From assembly GCA_965242965.1 (NCBI GenBank), contig OZ251518.1, positions 2,880,001 through 2,944,000 on the forward strand: a stretch of DNA of 64,000 bases. The letters run 5' to 3'. This document shows positions 58,211 to 64,000 of this stretch, piece after piece; position 1 is the first letter of the stretch; every line of letters begins with the position of its first letter. A program made the position numbers and the translations under genes. The DNA comes from Candidatus Poribacteria bacterium (GTDB lineage Bacteria; Poribacteria; WGA-4E; WGA-3G). The notes beneath the pieces were generated by a model. It saw only the letters and a list, made by a program, of their open reading frames with translations. It had not been told where the DNA came from and made no database searches.

Positions 58211-59599
58211 ATGGGCCACTCATCTCTCACCTTGGAGATTAGCACCTCCTGGGATGCAGAACAGGGTAATGGCGATGCGCGGTTAGCAGCAATTCGTCCT
58301 CTCTTTGCAGCGGAAACCGATGCGCCGCTTGACGTGCTGGAGAGCAATCTCCGCGCATGGACGCGCAGTCACCTGCAAACCGAACATATCGCGCAGTGCC
58401 GCGCCGTGGCCGAACGCGCCCAGCAAGACTTTGACGCGCTTGTGACGATAGGCATCGGTGGTTCCGACCTCGGGGCCCGTGTCTTTCACGATACGTGCAA
58501 CCATCCGTATCACAATCGGATGTCGGTTGCGGAACGTGGCGGCGCGCCGGAAGTCTATTTCACGGGCGATACCTTCGACCCGAGGCGACTCATCGAGCTC
58601 CTAGAGATGCTGAATAGCCGAAACCTGCTCCACAAAACGCTCTTCAATGTCATCAGCAAATCCGGCAGGACGAGCGAGACAATCGCAACGTTGATGATTA
58701 TTCGGGAGACACTGCAACGGCACGGGCTCACATGGCAAAATCACGTCGTGGCAACGACAGGGTTAACCCCAGAAAGCGCGCTGTTTCAAATACATAAGAA
58801 GACACCCTTTTACAACGGTGAGTTGCTCCCGGTGCCCGAGGGTGTCGGTGGACGATTCTCCGCTTTTTCGCCGGTGGGGCTCTTCTTTCTGGCGATGACA
58901 GCCGGTAAAAATGAGACACCGGAGACGCGCATCTGTGCAGCGATGCAAGGCGTGCAACGCGCCGATGAAGACTTTCGCGCCGAATCATCCGTGGCCTATC
59001 AACTCGCACGATGGCTGCAGCTTGCTGAGGAACGCGAATGCATCGGCACTATTGTCTTCTACAATTATGCCGACAACAGCTGCCTCGGCGAGTGGTTCGT
59101 CCAACTCTATACCGAATCGATTCAGGAGCGCGGCGGTGGCGCGAACGTTATTCCTGCAAAAGGCCCGACGAGTAATCACTCCATTCTCAACGGCATTCTC
59201 AACGGCCCGCGGGATAAGGTTGTCCTCTTTATCCATTGGGAAAAACTGGGTGACGATGTGAATGTGCCAAAGGATACCGGCATCGGTGGGGAGTTCGCGG
59301 ATTTTGAGGGCATGTCACTGTCGCAAATTCAGACTGCGTCTTATCGCGGCACGGCGATGAGTTTCACCGAAAACGGCGTGCCGAACGCAACGTTAACCCT
59401 CCCGAAACGGGATATCGGTAACGTTTGTCACTTAATGCGCACGCTCATGGACACTGTCGCGGTGAAGGGCCGGTTGCAGGGTTTGCATCTCGATGACACA
59501 GAATTTGCGTTGGAAAGAGAGCGCACCTATCGCCAAGATGCCGTTGAAGACTACAAACGGCGGACAAGAGAAATTGCGATGGAAATGTTTAACACGTAA
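58211..59599 (+). CDS. pgi: Glucose-6-phosphate isomerase (divergent)
   Basis: IGIGGSDLG, VISKSGRTSET, VPEGVGGRFSAFSPVGL, WFVQLYTES, Q..VEDYK. Confidence 0.82.
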   Translation: MGHSSLTLEISTSWDAEQGNGDARLAAIRPLFAAETDAPLDVLESNLRAWTRSHLQTEHIAQCRAVAERAQQDFDALVTIGIGGSDLGARVFHDTCNHPYHNRMSVAERGGAPEVYFTGDTFDPRRLIELLEMLNSRNLLHKTLFNVISKSGRTSETIATLMIIRETLQRHGLTWQNHVVATTGLTPESALFQIHKKTPFYNGELLPVPEGVGGRFSAFSPVGLFFLAMTAGKNETPETRICAAMQGVQRADEDFRAESSVAYQLARWLQLAEERECIGTIVFYNYADNSCLGEWFVQLYTESIQERGGGANVIPAKGPTSNHSILNGILNGPRDKVVLFIHWEKLGDDVNVPKDTGIGGEFADFEGMSLSQIQTASYRGTAMSFTENGVPNATLTLPKRDIGNVCHLMRTLMDTVAVKGRLQGLHLDDTEFALERERTYRQDAVEDYKRRTREIAMEMFNT

Positions 59600-59659
59600 G
59601 TCTTACGCGGGACGCTTGCACCAGAGGCGCGATTTTCATCGGCACGTCTTACATTATTT

Positions 59660-59851
59660 GAGGGTGTTTCATAACGCCGTTTCGGTATTTATCCCGCCTT
59701 GGCGGGCGGGCGAATACCAGAAGGCATTGGGCCCACCTCTGTAGTTCGGGATCGCCCGATCCCGAACGGGTCAGGATCAGGCGATCCTGAACTACAGGAG
59801 GGATGCGGTCTGACAGCAAGACACATGGCGAGGGCCTGTCCCTCGCCCTAC
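59660..59851. repeat. TIR-like end plus inverted REP doublet
   Basis: GAGGGTGTTTCATA at 59660; GTAGTTCGGGATCGCCCGATCCCGAAC...GTCAGGATCAGGCGATCCTGAACTAC. Confidence 0.8.
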
Positions 59852-59911
59852 GTGAAAAGCGCGCCTACCGGGGACAACTCAGGGCATTTGCGTCTGTCTG
59901 GAGACGAAAAC

Positions 59912-61939
59912 ATGAAAAAGAAGAAATATCTCAGGAATGCATTGCGAAATACATCGCTCCAAGACAAAATCTTTTTCGCCTACGGTGTCGTCTTCTTCTT
60001 CATGTTCGGAGTCGTTTTCGGTATCACCAATTTCCTCATCGGCCTCGCGTTTGATAGACAGATTGAGGCTTATGTTGAGGAGCTGGAGAGCGAGGTATCC
60101 AATAACTACACGGTGTTGGTTGCCAAAATGCGGAACGAAGTCACCGCGAAGGCAGAGGCACCCGCGCTCCATCGCGCCATCTTGAAAGGGCAATCCGACG
60201 GTATCCGCGCCCTCCGCGATACGGAACTTGACGTTTTGGAATACGGCACAGCGTATGGCACACTGCTCGCCAGCACTTGGATGGAAGACCCGAGGATAGG
60301 AACGAATGTGATGCGGAACAGCGGTGCCGACGGCACGCGTGGGACAAGTATCGCGCTATGGGAAGGCGGAAATGGAGATATTCGGCTGCGGAAAGTTGAA
60401 CAGGACGGCGGCATTGAACCGCGACTCGTCGTGGAAGTCACACAGGTAGGCGACTGGGGATTTTTGACAGGCAGGCGGATTTTGTCAAAATGGCTGGAAA
60501 CCGAAACGGAGATTCGTTCCGATGAGCACGCCATCTTTCTGGTGCAGGAAAACCATGCACCTATCAGCGAGGTAGAACCGCTACGGCGGGATGCACCGTT
60601 GCGAACGACAGCGCACTGGATTCCGCTCAACAACGCCTCACGCCACGCGCTTGCCCTGCGCGAAGAATGGGCACGTCGCACCGCTGCTCTGCCGCCAGAA
60701 CGCGAACGCACGGGCGCACATCGCAAAGTGGATTTGCAATTGGCGGCGGCAAACACCGAACGCAACTGGACAGGGTTTCGGATAGAGCCGCTCGGTTCCC
60801 TTTTTAGCGATGCCTTGCCTGTCGGTATCGTCGTCGCCTACTCGCATCAACGCCATCGTGAGTGGCAGCAGCAACTCACTATCATCTTGTTGCTGAGCGG
60901 CGCGGGCGGGCTCGGGCTCGTTTATCTTATCAGTTATGTGATGAGCCGTCGGATTACCAGCCCGATTGCAACACTCCGGGCCGGTGTCAGTGAAATCGCC
61001 GCTGGCAATTTAGACCATCGTGTAGGGGTGTCTTCGACTGGCGAGCTTGGACAACTCGCCGAGGGTGTGAACCAGATGGCGCATGACTTGAAACAGAGTT
61101 TGGAAGAACGCATGGCGGCGGAACGCGCCGCAACTTGGCGCGATGTCGCACAGCAAGTCGCGCACGAAGTCAAAAACCCGCTGTTCCCCATTCGGCTCTC
61201 TGTTGAAAACCTGCAGCAGGCGAAAGCCTCGCCGGAGATTTTCGAGAACATCTTTCAGGAATGCACCGATACCATTATTGAGGAAGTAGACAGGATTGGG
61301 CGGCTCATTGATGAATTCCAGCAGTTCGCACGCATGCCTAAACCTAAAAGAGACTGGGTCGATCTCAATGAAATTGTTACCTCCGTGTTGATACTTTACC
61401 AAGGTGGGAGCAGTGGGTTGCTGAAGCAAGGTGGGGGACCGGTTCAAGGGCAACCGCTCCCCGATATGGAAATCTTTGTGGGGGGCACCGTTGCCCCAGG
61501 AAACCCTATTGAACGCCTGAAGGAATACGAAAAATTGGCGAATCCGAAGGTGAAAATTGAGACGGAGCTCCAGCCGCTACCCAAACTCTCGCTGGATGCG
61601 GAGCAAATCGCGCAGGTGTTAGGCAATCTTGTCAAAAATGCGATAGAGGCGATGCCAGAGGGTGGTACGCTGCGGGTGCAAACGTCTGTCACTGCCGATG
61701 GAACGGATGCAACACCGCGGAAAGTTGCCCTCGTCGTCAAAGATACCGGCTACGGCATGTCACCCGAAACGCTTGAAAACCTTTTCACGCCCTACTACAC
61801 GACAAAGACAGAGGGCACCGGGCTCGGCATGGCGATTAGCCAACGGATTGTGGCAGACCACGGGGGCGAAATTGACGTAAAAAGCGATGAACGCGTCGGA
61901 ACGACTGTCCGAATTCGGTTTGCGGTTGATTTTTTGTAG
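59912..61939 (+). CDS. HAMP-domain sensor histidine kinase (NtrY-like)
   Basis: Two TMs, HAMP, ATWRDVAQQVAHEVKNPL, NLVKNAIEAM, DTGYG, GTGLGM; start at ATG 59912 (upstream in-frame part is REP). Confidence 0.9.
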   Translation: MKKKKYLRNALRNTSLQDKIFFAYGVVFFFMFGVVFGITNFLIGLAFDRQIEAYVEELESEVSNNYTVLVAKMRNEVTAKAEAPALHRAILKGQSDGIRALRDTELDVLEYGTAYGTLLASTWMEDPRIGTNVMRNSGADGTRGTSIALWEGGNGDIRLRKVEQDGGIEPRLVVEVTQVGDWGFLTGRRILSKWLETETEIRSDEHAIFLVQENHAPISEVEPLRRDAPLRTTAHWIPLNNASRHALALREEWARRTAALPPERERTGAHRKVDLQLAAANTERNWTGFRIEPLGSLFSDALPVGIVVAYSHQRHREWQQQLTIILLLSGAGGLGLVYLISYVMSRRITSPIATLRAGVSEIAAGNLDHRVGVSSTGELGQLAEGVNQMAHDLKQSLEERMAAERAATWRDVAQQVAHEVKNPLFPIRLSVENLQQAKASPEIFENIFQECTDTIIEEVDRIGRLIDEFQQFARMPKPKRDWVDLNEIVTSVLILYQGGSSGLLKQGGGPVQGQPLPDMEIFVGGTVAPGNPIERLKEYEKLANPKVKIETELQPLPKLSLDAEQIAQVLGNLVKNAIEAMPEGGTLRVQTSVTADGTDATPRKVALVVKDTGYGMSPETLENLFTPYYTTKTEGTGLGMAISQRIVADHGGEIDVKSDERVGTTVRIRFAVDFL

Positions 61940-62047
61940 TTCGATGTGTAAGCATTGACGTGGCACCCTGCAAGCCTATCTCAGAAACGCAGCATGCAAC
62001 AACGGCGCATGCTGCGCGATGGCGAGAGATATTCATATACCGAAAAA

Positions 62048-63454
62048 ATGGAAACTATCCTTATTGTTGATGACGAACGAAATACGCTGAGAATGCTGTC
62101 GCAAGGATTGCAGTTGCGCGGTTACAACGCGTTAACCGCCGCGAGTGGTGAGACGGCGTTGGCTCAATGCGCCAAAACGAATGTCGATTTGGTGTTGCTG
62201 GATATCCGCATGGAAAACGGCATGGACGGTGTCCAGACGCTCGTCAAGTTGCGTCAGCAACATCCCGAGCTCAACGTGGTGATGATGTCAGCGCAGCGCG
62301 ATATTGAAACGGCTGTGAAGACGATGGAGCTCGGCGCGAAGCGGTATATCACGAAGCCGATTAGCATTGATAAAATCCTTGCGAGTGTTGAACCGTTTCT
62401 GGAGATATCGCGCCTCTCACAAGAAAACGAGGTGCTCAAATCGAAGATTGGCCCCGATGACGAGATGGTGGGGGAGAGTCAGGCGATGGTGAATCTCCGT
62501 TCCCAGATTCGCCGTGTTGCCGCAAGCGAGCCTACCGTGCTGATTACCGGCGAAAACGGGAGCGGTAAACAGCTCGTCGCCGAGGCTATCCACGGGCAGA
62601 GCGCGCGCGCGAAGAAACCGTTCATTCCGCTGAATTGCGCCGCGATGCCCGATGAACTTGTGGAGAATGAACTCTTCGGGCACGAACGCGGCGCGTATAC
62701 CGGCGCGGACGATAGGCGGCCGGGGCGGTTTGAGTTGGCGAACGGAGGCACGCTCTTTCTCGACGAAATCGCCGATATGAGTCTCCGCGCCCAGGCGAAA
62801 GTCCTCCGCGTCCTTGAGTCCGGTGAGGTGGAACGCCTCGGCGGCCATCAGATTCGGAAGGTGGATGTGCGCATCCTCGCCGCCACAAACAAGGACTTGC
62901 CGACAGAAATTGAGAACGCGCTGTTTCGGTTGGATCTCTTCTATCGGCTCAACGTTATCCCGATTGTGGTGCCGCCGCTGCGAGAACGGCGTGAGGACAT
63001 CCCGTTACTGGTGAAATACTTCGCGGCGCGCCTCCAGTTGAACATGGGCACCTCCGCTGCAAAGGTGCTGGATCCAGCGGTTTACGCCGTGCTACAAGAG
63101 TATGACTGGCCCGGCAACATCCGCGAGCTCAAAAACATCGTCGAACGTCTCATGATTATGGTGAACCGCGCCATCGTGCTGCCGGCAGATGTGGAAGAGG
63201 TCCTCGCGCTCACGCCGCAACGCCAGAGCATTCAAGAGACAGCGACAGTTTATGCCGAGCCTTATCAACCGAATACGCCGCTGAGCACGATGGTGGATGC
63301 CGCCGAAGCGGCGTGCATTCAGCAGGCACTGGATGAACACGACTGGAACATCCGAAAGACGGCGGAAGTTCTGGGGGTGGAGCGCAGCAATTTGTATAAG
63401 AAGATGAAGAAATACAACATTGAACGTCCTGACGTTGGCGAGGTGAGTGAATAG
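62048..63454 (+). CDS. Sigma54-dependent response regulator (NtrC/NtrX-like)
   Basis: ILIVDDE, LLDIRM, GENGSGKQ, ELFGHERGAYTGA, LFLDEI, WPGNIREL, C-terminal Fis HTH. Confidence 0.92.
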   Translation: METILIVDDERNTLRMLSQGLQLRGYNALTAASGETALAQCAKTNVDLVLLDIRMENGMDGVQTLVKLRQQHPELNVVMMSAQRDIETAVKTMELGAKRYITKPISIDKILASVEPFLEISRLSQENEVLKSKIGPDDEMVGESQAMVNLRSQIRRVAASEPTVLITGENGSGKQLVAEAIHGQSARAKKPFIPLNCAAMPDELVENELFGHERGAYTGADDRRPGRFELANGGTLFLDEIADMSLRAQAKVLRVLESGEVERLGGHQIRKVDVRILAATNKDLPTEIENALFRLDLFYRLNVIPIVVPPLRERREDIPLLVKYFAARLQLNMGTSAAKVLDPAVYAVLQEYDWPGNIRELKNIVERLMIMVNRAIVLPADVEEVLALTPQRQSIQETATVYAEPYQPNTPLSTMVDAAEAACIQQALDEHDWNIRKTAEVLGVERSNLYKKMKKYNIERPDVGEVSE

Positions 63455-63601
63455 TGAGGTTGTTGATGCTCTGTAGTTCAGGAGCACCCGCTCCCGAACG
63501 ATCAAGGCGGAGTGAACAGTGAGGTTGTTGATGCTCTGTAGTTCGGGAGCACCCGCTCCCGAACGATCAAGGCGGTGAGTGAACAGTGAGGTTGTTGATG
63601 C
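63446..63601. repeat. Two REP units between three copies of a 24-bp direct repeat
   Basis: AGTGAAYAGTGAGGTTGTTGATGC at 63446, 63511 and 63578, separated by TCTGTAGTTCRGGAGCACCCGCTCCCGAACGATCAAGGCGG. Confidence 0.9.
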
Positions 63602-64000
63602 GGCAGATTATCGGACGCTTTGCTCCCAGACGAGAAAGTGGGATGACGTGGGTGCAGCTGCTTATCCTGCTTGCGCTGGCTATCGTGATATTCGCGCTCG
63701 CCTTTCCGCCGTGGCGTGAATATCGCAACGTGAGCCAAGCCGATGTAGATGTGGAAACCATCGCTATCGCTATCAAAAAATACTTTCGGCACACACAGCA
63801 GTATCCGAAGAACTTGGAGCAGCTCGTCACAGACCCGGGTGTGGAAGGCTGGCGCGGCACGTATCTGGCATCGGTGCCGAAAACGCCGTGGGGTGGCACC
63901 TACGTGCTGCAGCCAAGTGCCTATAAAGTCGGCATTGCGAGGGGGCATCCGCGTGTGCCATCTAAGTATCAGTTGGGCGGCATCGCGGAAATCAGCCGCG
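63598..64000 (+). CDS. Type II secretion pseudopilin GspG-like protein (truncated by window end; not in the ORF track)
   Basis: MRQIIGRFAPRRESG|MTWVQLLILLALAIVIFALAFP prepilin-like start; YPKNLEQLV..PGVEGWRGTYL..VPKTPWGGTY. Confidence 0.75.
   Translation, partial: MRQIIGRFAPRRESGMTWVQLLILLALAIVIFALAFPPWREYRNVSQADVDVETIAIAIKKYFRHTQQYPKNLEQLVTDPGVEGWRGTYLASVPKTPWGGTYVLQPSAYKVGIARGHPRVPSKYQLGGIAEISR

Noticed and set aside
63446-63601. CRISPR-like pattern of 24-bp repeats with 41-43-bp spacers
   Set aside because: The two spacers are nearly identical REP units, the repeat contains a gene's RBS and start codon, and no cas genes are present.

Overview
GC-rich bacterial chromosomal window, most likely Candidatus Poribacteria (inferred from a LamG protein ending in the VEPxGKLATTWGxLK motif, two PhyH dioxygenases and the overall gene content). 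It holds about 45 CDS and 6 tRNAs. These include the Thr-Tyr-Gly-Thr/rpmG/Trp/secE/nusG/rplKAJL cluster (here without tuf or rpoB), a hemE-hemH-hemY-pentaheme cytochrome operon, a peptidoglycan-recycling operon and an NtrY/NtrX-like two-component system. A 2586-aa surface protein with a T9SS-like C-terminal domain is followed by PorV-like and LysM genes. Main highlights: (1) a probable unannotated outer-membrane selenoprotein at 4449-5507, with a signal peptide, an in-frame TGA-GGC-GCG-TGA (UxxU) and a SECIS-like hairpin, all missed by the ORF track. (2) A dense non-autonomous repeat system of several GTAG-REP hairpin families with covarying stems, packed into MITE-like units with GAGGGTGTTTCATA ends and long target duplications. 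(3) In-frame REP insertions inside anmK, hemY, hemE and other enzymes. (4) A ferrochelatase with an unusual N-terminal CC-X5-C-X5-C motif and a degenerate AccA-like protein. All calls were made by eye from sequence motifs; no database searches were run.
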